Part shown: one piece after another, positions 1-11,168 of the stretch
Layout: each line of letters opens with the position of its first letter
Numbering within the stretch: the stretch's first letter is position 1
Origin: Entomortierella parvispora E1425
Lineage: Eukaryota; Fungi; Mortierellomycota
Length of the DNA: 64,000 bases
Assembly: GCA_020891255.1 (NCBI GenBank)
Contig: BQFW01000011.1
Location: 1,612,001 to 1,676,000 of the forward strand
Reading direction: 5' to 3'
The notes under the pieces: model-generated
Databases searched by the model: none
What the model was told of the DNA's origin: nothing
What the model saw: the letters and a program-made list of their open reading frames with translations, nothing else
Translations under genes and position numbers: made by a program

Positions 1-507
1 GAACATCATCCCTGTTTTGATTCCCTGTTTTGCATCCTGCTCGTACTGTGGATACGAACCATCTCCCTTACCATCTGATCCGCCATCAAAGTCCTCTCCA
101 AGAAGGCTACGACCGTCTTCTTCGTCGTACTCCATGGCTCCGTCGAAAGCAGAATCGTGTTCATCCATCTCTGAAATGAATCCTCCTCCGGCAGTATATG
201 AATCCTCGCTTTCTGAATGTGCTGCTAGAGCTGCTTCGTAAGAATGGTTTTTGTTCTTGGATGCTGATCCTTTGGACAAAACCTTGGTCGATGTTGATGT
301 CCCTGTCTGCTTGCCGTGACTGGTTGGTTTGATGTCCTTTGAATTCGGTTGCCGATGGACCTTGGATGTAGCTGAGGGAGAAGAAGTTCTTTGTGAAATG
401 GAAGGGGATGAATGAGAAGAGTGGCTGTGGTTATTGTTGCTCTTGTTGATATTGTGGTTGTTGCTGATGGAGTGTCTGGATTCAATTGTGGTCGAGGAGG
501 AGAGCAT
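1..507 (-). CDS. 5' part of a gene running off the window start; S/N/H-rich then acidic low-complexity N-terminus, product unknown
   Basis: Stop-free minus frame from ATG at 507 to base 1 (MLSSSTTIESRHSISNNHN...DEEDGRSLLGEDFDGGSDG...). Not in the ORF track because it has no stop in the window. Confidence 0.7.
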   Translation of the reverse strand, partial: MLSSSTTIESRHSISNNHNINKSNNNHSHSSHSSPSISQRTSSPSATSKVHRQPNSKDIKPTSHGKQTGTSTSTKVLSKGSASKNKNHSYEAALAAHSESEDSYTAGGGFISEMDEHDSAFDGAMEYDEEDGRSLLGEDFDGGSDGKGDGSYPQYEQDAKQGIKTGMMF

Positions 508-1242
508 GGCTTCTCTTTTTGTTCGAGTCCACAGAATTTCAAGTGGTTGTCGGTCTCCTGACTATGTCTGAATAGGACGAGTACCTCTAGTTTGTATTAG
601 CCTGGGTCGAGTCGAGACTAGAACAAAAGGTCAAAGTCGAGAGAGGAGAGGATGGGGCCGTTGTTGAATCCTGGTCGCGTTTGGTGAGGAGGGTTGTGGT
701 AAAGAATGAAGGAGACCTTTGAAACGGAAGAATGAGTGGCTGGCTCAGTGGCCATTCTCTGCCTCTGGGCTCCAGGGATTTTCGTCACATGATTTATTCG
801 CGTACGGCGGCGCGTTTTTTTTTTTCCCCCTTCGTCGTCGTCGTTTACCTCATATGCCTGAAAGGAATGAGGCAAGTTCCGCCTTTCCATGTGTTTCATG
901 ATTTATAATTGCTCAGCTCTTGAAAGAACCTTGGTCTGCTTTCTCTTCTCGATGAAGATAATCCTGGAAAGACCTGGGAAATCTTGAGTGTGTTTGGAGC
1001 TGAATCATTGCATAAATAAGAAATGCTGTGCTGTACATCCGTGTCAGAGGCAAAGAAGAGTCAAGCGCCTTGGTTTATTGATATAGGTATGCCCTTTTCT
1101 GAAAAGAAATAGGGGAGGATGATTCAACATCAACTCTCTCTGTCTCTCCATCTCTGGAAATCAACTTTGCAGGGCTTGATTCTTGATTGGAACTGATGTT
1201 GACATATTCATAAATGTGTTCTGTCAAACGCCCCAAGTGAAC

Positions 1243-2372
1243 TTACTCTTCACCTTCAGCAAGCTCCTGAATCTTGGGAGCGGTTCCAGACCAAGTCGAA
1301 GGCTTGTACTCCTCGTCCTTGACCACCTTTGGTGGTTTGCGTGTTGTGCTGTTCACCTTGGACGCCAATGTTGGTTTTGACTTTGGTGTGGCCTTGGGAG
1401 CAGGGGCGGCAGGAGCTGCCTGAGATGACGAAGCCTCGCTTGCCTCTTCTTCTGGGTCAATGATCCTGCCTCGGGACAAAAATCCACCCATTGACTTGCG
1501 CTGTTTCTCCTCCGCCTCCTTGGACTTTTTCTTCAGCTTTTCCATCTCTGCCTTCACTCCTGGGACTAGATAGCATTTGAAGCACAAAGATATAAAGGAA
1601 CCAACGTTAGTCTTCTTTTTCTGGCAAAAGTTCGGGACTCTCCCTCTTCATTGGCTATCCACCTACCTTTGTCGCCCAGGTCGGTTAAATCAGCCTCGGC
1701 ACCGGCCAAGTTTCCTTCTAAAAGTTTTGCCTGCGCACGACGGAACTTTGCCTTCACGTTGTTAGGGTCCTGCTTCAAGGCAGTGGTGCAAACCTCGATG
1801 GCACGCTTGTAGTTGGCGTTCTTCAAATGGCAGGCACCCATGTTAGAGTAGACAATTGCCAGGTTAGTCTTGATCTCTGACTTTTGACCGTCGTTGATTG
1901 TTGTGGCTGCGGTTTCCTGTGGTCGCATAGAGGACATCATGGGCATTCCTGCCATCTGGTTATCAAGTCCACTCAAGCCCAAGACAGCCTATCGAAAAAC
2001 AGAGTGATGATCAGTATTGGTATCTTGCTTTCTTGCTTTGGATTCCCTGTACGAATGCGAGCTCTTACCAAGTGGTACTGCATCAATGCTATAAGGAAGA
2101 ACATCAAATAGGAACATGGAAACAAAAGAAACACATATGCTGGTTAGTTTGGCTCTTATAAAAGTGGTGGCGCGATGCATTCAGAATCCGCTGATTGTCG
2201 GTGGCGTCCCAAGTAATCGGTGTGCGGAAGGGAAGAATGCAACCAATGAACATGCTCAATCGACGAGGTCAAGAGAATTACCAGCTTTCATGTCGCCATT
2301 CTTGAATGCCTCGTTTCCGAGATCCTTCTTGGTGAGCGCGTCCGCAATCTTTTCCTGGATAGTGGGAGCCAT
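1243..2372 (-). CDS. TPR-repeat protein (TTC9/FKBP-type three-TPR module), 4 exons
   Basis: Spliced reading MAPTIQEKIADALTKKDLGNEAFKNGDMKA|ALMQYHL|AVLG...VYSNMGACHLKNANYKRAIEVCTTALKQDPNNVKAKFRRAQA has classic TPR motifs and GT-AG junctions. Confidence 0.85.
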
Positions 2373-2761
2373 TGTTCTGTGCTGTGCTGTGTTGAGTGTG
2401 GAGGTATGAGGGTGAGTGAGTAGCGGAGAGAGGCGGGTGGGGCGAGACAAGGATGGGGATGGAATCGGGTGAAGGTTGGGAAGTGGATGTGGATGTGGAT
2501 GTGGAGAAGGACGAGGGACAAGGAGGCAAAGCAGAAAGGAGCAGAGAAACGAAAAGAAAAAGAGAGAACAACGAAGGACCATCCACACCCTGTCCTGCTG
2601 AACGGCCTACAAGGGGTATTGTTGGTTGCACTGCCAGAATCAGGGCCAAAAAAGCCGCCGCGATCGTGGTCACATGATCCAAGCAAGTGGCAAAAGTCGT
2701 TCTTGTTTCTCGCCCATGGCTTCTCCCTTCACCCCAACACACGTTTCTCCTTGCAAAGACC

Positions 2762-4972
2762 ATGCGCCCAACTAGAGGCCGAAAGCCTGCAATCAGGACA
2801 GCAACAGTCGCTGACGATAACACGACCACTAGCACCGCCACTCCCTCTGCACGTTCTACTCGATTGTCGCGAAGAAATCAACCGAATGAAAACAATGAAA
2901 GACGCGTCGCGAACACAGAGGATAATCAGAGCAAGAATCGCATTTCCTCAAGCCCAACTCTTGATTCCGACAAGCCGAAATCGACAAAGAACAAGAAGGA
3001 CATTGGGTTCACCATCATTATCCCTTACAAACCTTTTCCCAGAAAACTCACGCAGAGCAGTGTCACTCAACCAAAGGCTTCAATCGTTTCGGAAGACGAC
3101 CGTGGTGATGAGACCGTGGAGACCAAGCCAACAAGGACGAGGAGGGGTGCACGTCGCATCGAAGAGAAATCCCACATCCCATGCTCGGGCGATGAGGTAG
3201 ATGACATCGAATATCCACGCCAACAAGTACAACGAATGGAAGCCGTCGTCCTTTTCGAGAAACCACGCATACTTCGGAAGCCAACCCCATCATCAAATGC
3301 CATTTTGGAGCAAAAACTGGAAAAAATGACCGAGGAATCCGCACCAGCAACAATCAGCGCCATTGCCGAGGATATCACAGCAGCAGCATCCGAAGGACTT
3401 GACGTTGGATCCTTTTCCAGACTTTCCATCACGCCACCACCTTCGTTACCATTGTTTGATTTGAAAGATCCCGATGGCTCAGGAAGTCCTTGGTTGATGG
3501 TGTTTGATTCCTCAGAACACTCTGCAAGCTCTCGACCATCACAGCTTCAAGAAAGCTGGAATGATGAGAATACATCGCCTGCACCGGATTCACCATCGTC
3601 ACCAACACGCCATCACTACACTCGCCACCACAGTGAGATCGCTAGAGATCAATCTGAATATCCAGCGTCTGCTACGTCTTCGAAAACCGAAAACCACGGA
3701 TGGATGGACGAGGATCACGATACATCAGAATCAGGAGACAAAGGCGAGGATGATGACGATCCTTTTGGATTTTCAAAAGTGGAGCGGCGAATCAAGAGAG
3801 CGCAAATACTACAACCTATCTCGAGATCCCGCACACCTTTGGATCCGGACGACGACTTTAGTACCGGAATCGACATTGTCAATCCTTTCAACCCACCTAG
3901 ACCGAGACGCAGGGGTGAAACAAGGAACAAGGGAAAGGGCGTTGACAGGACCTGGTTTTTGACCAAAGATCCTTTGCACCCAGATACGACTGCATCCGAG
4001 CCCAAGGGAGGGAGCGAAGACCTGAGAAAAGCCATAGAACTCAGCAAAGCCGATACAACTTCAATGAACGAAAAGGAGCAGGAGGATCTCAAGAAGGCTT
4101 TGCAACTTAGCATGGGCGTTGATTTGGATTCAGGCGTTGGAACATCCTCAATGGCTGCATTGCTCTCTCGCCCAGAAACAGCTCTGGTTCGTGAGGTGGC
4201 TTCCAGCGGTGCTATGTCTCGTGCCGAAACCAACGTAGCTACACGATCCATCCGCAGCCCTTCACCCGAGTCAGAACCAGAAGATCTCTTTGCGGTCACT
4301 GAGCCTTGCACTACGCGAACGAGAAGCCCAGCTCCCCCATCCACGCCACCAAGGAAATCTAGGAGCAACCACAACCGAATCTCTTTTGGCGATATAGACG
4401 AGCTCCCAATTGTGATTGAAAGAACCCCTACCAAGAAACCGGAAGCTGGCATGCCTGCTTCCATGGAATCTCCGTCCTCCAAGGACGGTCGAGGAGGAAA
4501 AGCTGGCAAGACAAAGAGAACTTACATGCGAACGGAACAACTGGAAGCTCTTTTACCTCGACGCAAGAAAGCGCGAGTCGTGACCACAAACTCAAAGTCT
4601 GCGGCGATCCGTCTGGATGCCAGTGACGATGAAGATGAAGATGAGGAAGAGGACGAGGAGGATGAGGAGCCACTACTTCGTCAAGGTCGGACCCGACAAC
4701 TTACTAAGGCCGCCTCGACAACCTCAGTCGCGCCTCCGAAACAAACGCGGGCAAAAGCTGCGTCCTACAAGAATACCGCAAAGTCTACGACCTTGAAACA
4801 GACCTCAGACAAGAAGGGCAAGGGCAGGAGCGAGGACAGTGACCACATCAAACAACAGAGTGGCGAGGACAAGAGTGGATGGACAGAGGCTCAACGGAAA
4901 GCCCATGAAGAGCGGATCCTCTACTTTGCGGAAATCGACAACTTCGAACTGGATGTGGAAACAACTCGATAA
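2762..4972 (+). CDS. Sororin-like (Sor1/CDCA5-type) cohesin regulator, intronless and mostly disordered, with two UIMs
   Basis: Acidic FGF motif DDDDDPFGFSKVE (FGF at 3764-3772) and C-terminus RILYFAEIDNFELDVETTR resembling the Sororin C-terminal motif. ATG 2762 chosen over the ORF-track start at 2687. Confidence 0.7.
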   Translation: MRPTRGRKPAIRTATVADDNTTTSTATPSARSTRLSRRNQPNENNERRVANTEDNQSKNRISSSPTLDSDKPKSTKNKKDIGFTIIIPYKPFPRKLTQSSVTQPKASIVSEDDRGDETVETKPTRTRRGARRIEEKSHIPCSGDEVDDIEYPRQQVQRMEAVVLFEKPRILRKPTPSSNAILEQKLEKMTEESAPATISAIAEDITAAASEGLDVGSFSRLSITPPPSLPLFDLKDPDGSGSPWLMVFDSSEHSASSRPSQLQESWNDENTSPAPDSPSSPTRHHYTRHHSEIARDQSEYPASATSSKTENHGWMDEDHDTSESGDKGEDDDDPFGFSKVERRIKRAQILQPISRSRTPLDPDDDFSTGIDIVNPFNPPRPRRRGETRNKGKGVDRTWFLTKDPLHPDTTASEPKGGSEDLRKAIELSKADTTSMNEKEQEDLKKALQLSMGVDLDSGVGTSSMAALLSRPETALVREVASSGAMSRAETNVATRSIRSPSPESEPEDLFAVTEPCTTRTRSPAPPSTPPRKSRSNHNRISFGDIDELPIVIERTPTKKPEAGMPASMESPSSKDGRGGKAGKTKRTYMRTEQLEALLPRRKKARVVTTNSKSAAIRLDASDDEDEDEEEDEEDEEPLLRQGRTRQLTKAASTTSVAPPKQTRAKAASYKNTAKSTTLKQTSDKKGKGRSEDSDHIKQQSGEDKSGWTEAQRKAHEERILYFAEIDNFELDVETTR

Positions 4973-5132
4973 TAGTCGGGAACAATACCTTAATAAAACA
5001 ACCAGAATTGAGCATGGATAAAGAAGCGATACTCTAAAGATTTTTCTTATTATTAGACTATGCCTAGACTATGCTAAACTATATCTATTGTAGTGCGAAA
5101 AATCATAAGCACGCATCAGATGGTTAGGGCCT

Positions 5133-6759
5133 CTACCAGTAGGCGAGTTTGGCCTTGTTGAACATGTCGGCATAGGCATTCGTAGTCGCACAATCAGACT
5201 TGTGCCACGTCTCCATAGCTTCGGGCATCCACTGTTCCAGTTTGACAACCCGATCCTTACTGGCAGGATGGGTGTTCAAAAAAGCGAAAGAGAGACCCTT
5301 CTCCTGGTTCGACATACGCGTCCACATCTTGGTGCTCTCTCGAGGATCAAAGCATGCCTGAGCTATGAGTTGAAGACCAATTTGATCCGCCTCAGTTTCG
5401 CACTTTCGACTGAATGGAAGCTAAGGATGAAAACAAAAAACGATAAGAAAAGATGGTTTCAGAGTCTCTGCTACCCTCAGCTGGATGTGGTGTTAACAGA
5501 TTCCTTACCATCATTCCAAGCTCCATCAACACCCGCTGAGAGGTATAGGAGGGATCAAACACAATCGCAACAATAGCTCCAACAAAGAGTGCGATCTTGG
5601 TAAAACTCAGCTTCTCGGCAGAATGGCGGGCCAATTGATGTGCAATTTCGTGTCCCAGAACCGTCGCCAATCCGTTTTCATTCTCTGCAATGGGCAAAAT
5701 GCTGAACGTTACAAGTTAGAGTCAGCAAACATGATTTACAGAAACAGTATCATAAGAGCAAAAAAAAATACAACATACCCAGTGAACACAAACACCTTTC
5801 CTCCTGGCAGCACAAAGGCGTTCTTTTCGTCGCTGTGGATAACATGAAACTCCCAGTCCAGATCTAAAGCGTGTCGTTGTAATCATGAGCAGCAAAGTAA
5901 AGGTGCGTTAGTTCGTGTTCTGTGGACTGAATATCTATCCAGGCAACATATTGAAGACGTGAATAATACCCTGCATTCCTGCTGCCTTGATAATTCGTCC
6001 TGCTACTCTCTTGACGTATTGAGTGTAGGCGTGGTTCGCTGGCAACATTTGATTTCGGTACTACAAATCAGAAGGAAGTAGGTCAAAAAATGATCATTTC
6101 ATAGTTCCTGGTCCACAGTGGGCCATACCTCGTGCATGACTTGGTTATATGCTTCTTTAGCCATCATCTCTTCTTGTGCTTTGGAAACATCCATGAATCT
6201 CCGGCGACCCGTCATTGGCACCCTAAACGCATACGTCAAGGCGCTCGGTTAGATAATCGACTTTTTTTTTTTTTTTTTTTTGGACATGGAGCAAGAACCA
6301 GGGGTGAACAATCGACATCCAGGGTGAAACAACATACGTTTCCAAATGGGTTACGTAGTACCCTCCCGCTCCTACTGTGACAACCCCTCCAATAACCTGG
6401 TATCGCCTGTCGTAAAAGATGGGCATGCCCCGTCCTCCTTTGCCTTGGCCGTTGTTTTGACCAAAGCGCTTGTATTGGGGTCGGAGGATGATCTTGCTGA
6501 TGGAATCGGAATTAGAAGATGAAGGTGGTTGTGGTCGAGGAATCATGTCTCCCCATGAAGACGACGGCGGATTCCGTGCATTCACTGAGGAGACATGAAT
6601 GCTACGAGCAGAGGTTGTTGTAGTTGTGGGTAATGTCCTGGAGATGCATGCAGGGCTGAAAAGGCGGGCAGTAAGAGAGGCCCTTCCTTTGAGGCCGCTT
6701 TGCGCAGCGAGGGATACTGCTGTCCTGGATAACGTTGCGGCCTGTCTTGCAAAGGACAT
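5133..6759 (-). CDS. OMA1: Mitochondrial metalloendopeptidase OMA1 (peptidase M48), multi-exon
   Basis: Arg/Ser-rich presequence [31 protein letters not shown]...[15 protein letters not shown], the HEXXH motif [16 protein letters not shown], and FLNTHP. Confidence 0.93.
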
Positions 6760-6909
6760 TGTGGGTGATGGATGGGGAGTAAGGGAAGAAAGATGCCGAA
6801 GCAGCCGGCTGAGGCATGCAGTTCGCAAAAAGGAAAAAAAGTTCAAGACGCGTCGTTTCACTGTCACACTGGGTAAGAGTCAACGCCACCAATTTATTAC
6901 GTAACATCT

Positions 6910-9109
6910 CTACATCTTTGACTGGGGGATCTCGCCTTCCTCGGTGGCCCATGCTTTCAGGATATGGTGCGCAATGGCTATTTCAACAGGATTTAGAGTG
7001 AGTATCATTGTTCAGTCCATGGTTTTTCATTCACATTATCATTCATATCGCAATCATGCTTACCAGTGGCAGGAGGCAGGCGCAATTGATTGCCCTCTGA
7101 AGGTTTACCCCAGTTTACACCTCGAGATCCTTTCAATGCCTCCAGGATCTGCGATCGGCTGAACCAACGCGCATCCTCCAGTTCTTTATCTTCCAAGGTC
7201 ACGTTAGGGTCCTCGTTCAATGCCTCAGCATGGCAACCAATCATAAGCGAGTTGGGGAACGGCCAAGGCTGCGAAGAATGGTACATGACATGTCCAAGAC
7301 GGATGCCTGACTCTTCCTTAACTTCGCGTCTGGCTGCCTCTTCCAAAGACTCGCCTGGCTCGACAAATCCAGCAAGGCAAGAGTACATTCCTTGTGGCCA
7401 AACAGCTTGTCTTCCGAGAAGGACACGATCGCCATCTGGCGATATCACACAGACAATAACGACGGGATCTAAATATTTGGCCAGGAAATCAAGAGTTAGA
7501 TATTGGAGATCCTTGGAAGGCCCGCAAGTCAACAGGGGCAGTTGGCAGACTTGCCTGTCCGGGGATAAGTAAAGTTTTGAACTCCACGATGGGCCAAGCA
7601 ATCAGAAGGCTCCTCCTTGCCAGATTCCGAGACAATAGTCGACGAGCAAGTTCTCTTGTGGCCACCGTCAAGAGACGCATTCCTGCGTCCGCATCCGGCG
7701 CAAAACTTGTTGCGCTTGTTCCAGTCTACGACAGAACGTGCTTGGGCCACCAACCCACTTTCTGGGAAGGAAAGTCCAAAGGCAGCAGGTCGTGCTTCGG
7801 CCATGTAGTGACCATGTTTCTCCGTGAGCGAGTTTGTGAACGACTCCACGGCGTCTTTCAATTCTTGTTTCACGCCAGGGCCCTTTGCAGACATGTCCAA
7901 TGCCCAGTAGCCGACTCCACGACGGCCATGGACCAAGGTCTCCTCCGTTCCTGTTTCATCAGCGCCCAAGAACACAAGCACGAGTCCCTCTGGCAAGTTG
8001 TTCAAGGGATCGGATCCAATCAAGTGTTGGATATCCTGATGGCTGACAAAGGCCAGATCCTTGGTCGAAGACTTGAACAAGACACCATGGTCTGCCAAAA
8101 GCAAGAATTTGGTTGTAGGTGCCTGGACTGAAGCATGAAGATACTCTTTGTCCGTTCTCAAAAAACTCAGGCTATAAAGGAAAGGCGTTTTAGTCCACAG
8201 AAAAGAGGCCGATGGATGGATGGTGACTCTTTTTTGTTCAACTCCATCTCGACGCGGCATGGTTTTCTACAGCACCAAAAACCTTACCGATTATGAATTC
8301 CTCCGGTAAAGTGCAGAGGCTTGTTCTCGTGCACCGTTCTCCTCTTCCACCAGTCTGCCATCGTCGAAGACTTTGATCCGTCGGTGACAATACCGGCGGC
8401 CGCAGCCATGCCTGACGACGCTGATGAGAATGGCGATCCGGAACCGGTGACGGCTCTGGCCACTGTTCGGCTCTTCGGTGCCAGCCGATCAAAGACAGCC
8501 AAAGCCTCGGCCGATCCCCAAAATTCTGCCAGGTCCGCAGCAGTCTTGTTGTCCTTGTTCGTGACCATGGGGTCGACCTTTGCTTCGGCCAAGAGGTATT
8601 CTACCACTGTCGAATGACCATAGCGTGCTGCGAACATGAGCTGAAGAGAAGCGAAAAATGTAGAACGGGGTCGTAGGTATTAGTTGGTGATCGGAGCATG
8701 ATCGGCCGGGGTTGGGTGTACCGGAAAGTCTGACGAGCTGGGAAGAGAGCCAAGTACTCACTGGTGTCCATCCACGGTCATTCTTGGCTTCGAGGTGGAT
8801 GCGACCGAGAGACTTGATGTAATCGAGGTTGCCTGAGGCAGCGGCCTCAAAGATATCTGTTGGTTGTTGAGACATGAGGAATTGGTGCTTTGTGCGAGCG
8901 AAGGCGCTGAACGGTGACGCGGGAACGGCTCGAGTTTGTGGTTGCAGGTGAGAACGCTTCCACGGCTGCAAGATGGGTCTTGATGGGCGAATGAATGTGC
9001 AAGTGCGGGGAACAATTGCAGAAGAGAAAGAAGAAGAAGAAGAAGAAGAGAAGAGGCGATGTGGAAGGATGGAAGAAACTCGGGTGCGAATCTGCGCCGA
9101 GGCCATCAT
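6910..9109 (-). CDS. NPY1: NADH pyrophosphatase / NAD-capped RNA hydrolase (NUDT12/Npy1 family) with N-terminal ankyrin repeats
   Basis: Ankyrin repeats (GWTP|LMFAARYGHSTVVEYLL), zinc ribbon FCAGCG, Nudix box GFVEPGESLEEAARREVKEESG and SQPWPFP signature. Spliced last exon ends ...GEIPQSKM* at 6910. Confidence 0.93.
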
Positions 9110-9449
9110 TAGTAATGAACGGTGGGGAAGCAAGCGGCTCAAAGGGGATGGCCTGAAAAAAGGAGGGAGGGGATCGTTTGTGTCCCTCTCGTCTGTTGGC
9201 CGGCCTTGTCGACCTTTTCTACATTCATTCCCCCCCATTCCTTCACTCTCGTTCTCTTTCCGACGTCGGCTGTGCTCCTGTACCTTCGCTCTCGTTTATC
9301 CGCCAAAAGGCCGAAACGGCTCTGCGTTGTCCCCAAGTGGAGCTTCAGAAAGCTGCGCGGCGTTGAGTCGTATTGAGGGGTTTTTTTTATTACAACAGTC
9401 GATCCGGACGCGTTTACACAATCCGTTGTTATTCTCGGAAGATACTCCT

Positions 9450-10264
9450 TTAGTCGATGAAGTACTTGAGGGGAGTGTCCTTCTCCCAAACCGCGCACTC
9501 GGGAGTAGTCTCGAGCGAGTAGAAGCTGATCTCTTCCTTGTTGTTCTTGTGGGCACTGTTTGCGTAAGATAGGATGTTGGCATCATGTCGCAAAAAAACA
9601 CGTCGTTAGTCTCTGTGCTTGGCCACCGTTGTCGTTTCTCCCCTCCCTTGACTCTTCAACTCATGCAATTGCTGCTCATTGTCGTCTATGATACTTACCG
9701 AGCGTGAATGTACTTCTCGTCTCCGAGATGGATCTTGGCAAAGTAGTTGCTATAGATGAAGTGCATGGCCAGATGAGCTCCACTGTCGACGACGTCTCCA
9801 GTATCTTTTTTATGATATTCGTTGAGTAGGACACTGTTTCTTACCGGCCAAAGGCAACATCTTCAGTGGCGTAGAGGACGGGGGAGTACTCGGTGATGTG
9901 CTTGACTGAGAAGGTTAAAGGAAAGCAACCGAGCATAGAGGTTAGTCAGGGCGGTTCGATTCCTTTGAATGCTCGAATACTCTAGGAGGCATCGGCATCT
10001 TTGTCCTTGTTCATACGCTTGTCCATCTCGTGGAGACCGTGGCGGGCGTCATCCTTGTTGATGCGGAGAATCTCCTTGACGACATCATCCTTGACGGCGC
10101 GGAAGACTAAGTGTATCAAAAAGGACGAGGGACCGTGAGAACTTGGTCCAATTGCTTATTTTCGCGTGTTAAAACGTGTGCATGGAGGGAGTTGCCGTAC
10201 TCTCAATGCATTCATCGTCGGCCTCGCGAGGGGCGGTCATGGAGTTTTGGTGGACGTCAGACAT
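9450..10264 (-). CDS. Stefin/cystatin (family I25A)-like small protein, 123 aa, 5 exons; absent from the ORF track
   Basis: Exons 10264-10201, 10106-10017, 9905-9845, 9749-9699 and 9555-9450 sum to 372 nt with compatible phases. They give MSDVHQNSMTAPREADDECIEIFRAVKDDVV...YATEDVAFGRNYFAKIHLGDEKYIHARAHK...WEKDTPLKYFID, which parallels stefin NYFIKVHVGD..VHLRV and DELTYF. Confidence 0.75.
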
Positions 10265-11168
10265 GGTGGATAAAGGCTTGGTGTATGGTTCAGATGGAAA
10301 AGAGGGCTGGAAAGAAAAGAAGAAAAGAAAAGAAGAAAAAGAAGAGTGAAAATATGCAGCACAGTGGACTATCAATGGTTCTGCTGAAGTAATGGTGGGT
10401 GGGTCAGGCTGAGGTCACTGCAGCGGGACAGAGCCCATGGAGGGGCGGGATAAAAATAAAGATGGCGGCCTGTCCTGTTCATTCCTCGGTACTTTGACCA
10501 GCCAGAGTTTCTGGAAACGAAACGCTGTCCAAGGAACAACATTGAACCTGCGCCCAGGCCTGTGGTTTGCTCCTGCGTGCCCATGAGTTCATTGACATCT
10601 CTAGACTTGTCAAGCGCGTACTTGCACTTTGTGGAGAGGACCTGCACGTTTATCAAACGTGCGCTTGACGCGTCTCCTCACCAGGACCATCTCCCCGACT
10701 GTGGACCGATGGACCGATCAACACCCCAGACCACGATCCAGTTGAACGGTTGCCTTGACTCCTCGTTGGCAAAAGCAACTTTTTATGTTCTCCATGTCTA
10801 TCCAGACCCCACAAGCCGACTCGGATACTCGAGAGTCAGGATCAGGGAGCTTTCTTCACTCTGATGCAAGGCAACTCACCTTTAAGAGTACGGAATGTGA
10901 AAGAGCACCGTTCTCTGCACAAACGCGCCCACGAGAAGTCGCGTTTCCAAGAATACAAAAATAAAAAAATAAAAAGCCCTGCACAAACTGCATGTGAACT
11001 TTACACCGTCCCAGTACATATTCTCCGCCTAATCTACCTCGCAGTTGCATTCCAACGATTCTTTCGTCGCATTCATTCGATCAATTCATTTCATTTCATT
11101 TATTCATTCCCATTATCTCCCTCCACCATCACCCATGAGGTCGTAGAGTAACATTTCTTCCTGGTGCC

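Noticed and set aside
9915-9970. tRNA-like GGTTCGATTCC
   Set aside because: No 5-bp T stem, D arm or anticodon arm; it is the antisense of stefin intron 2.
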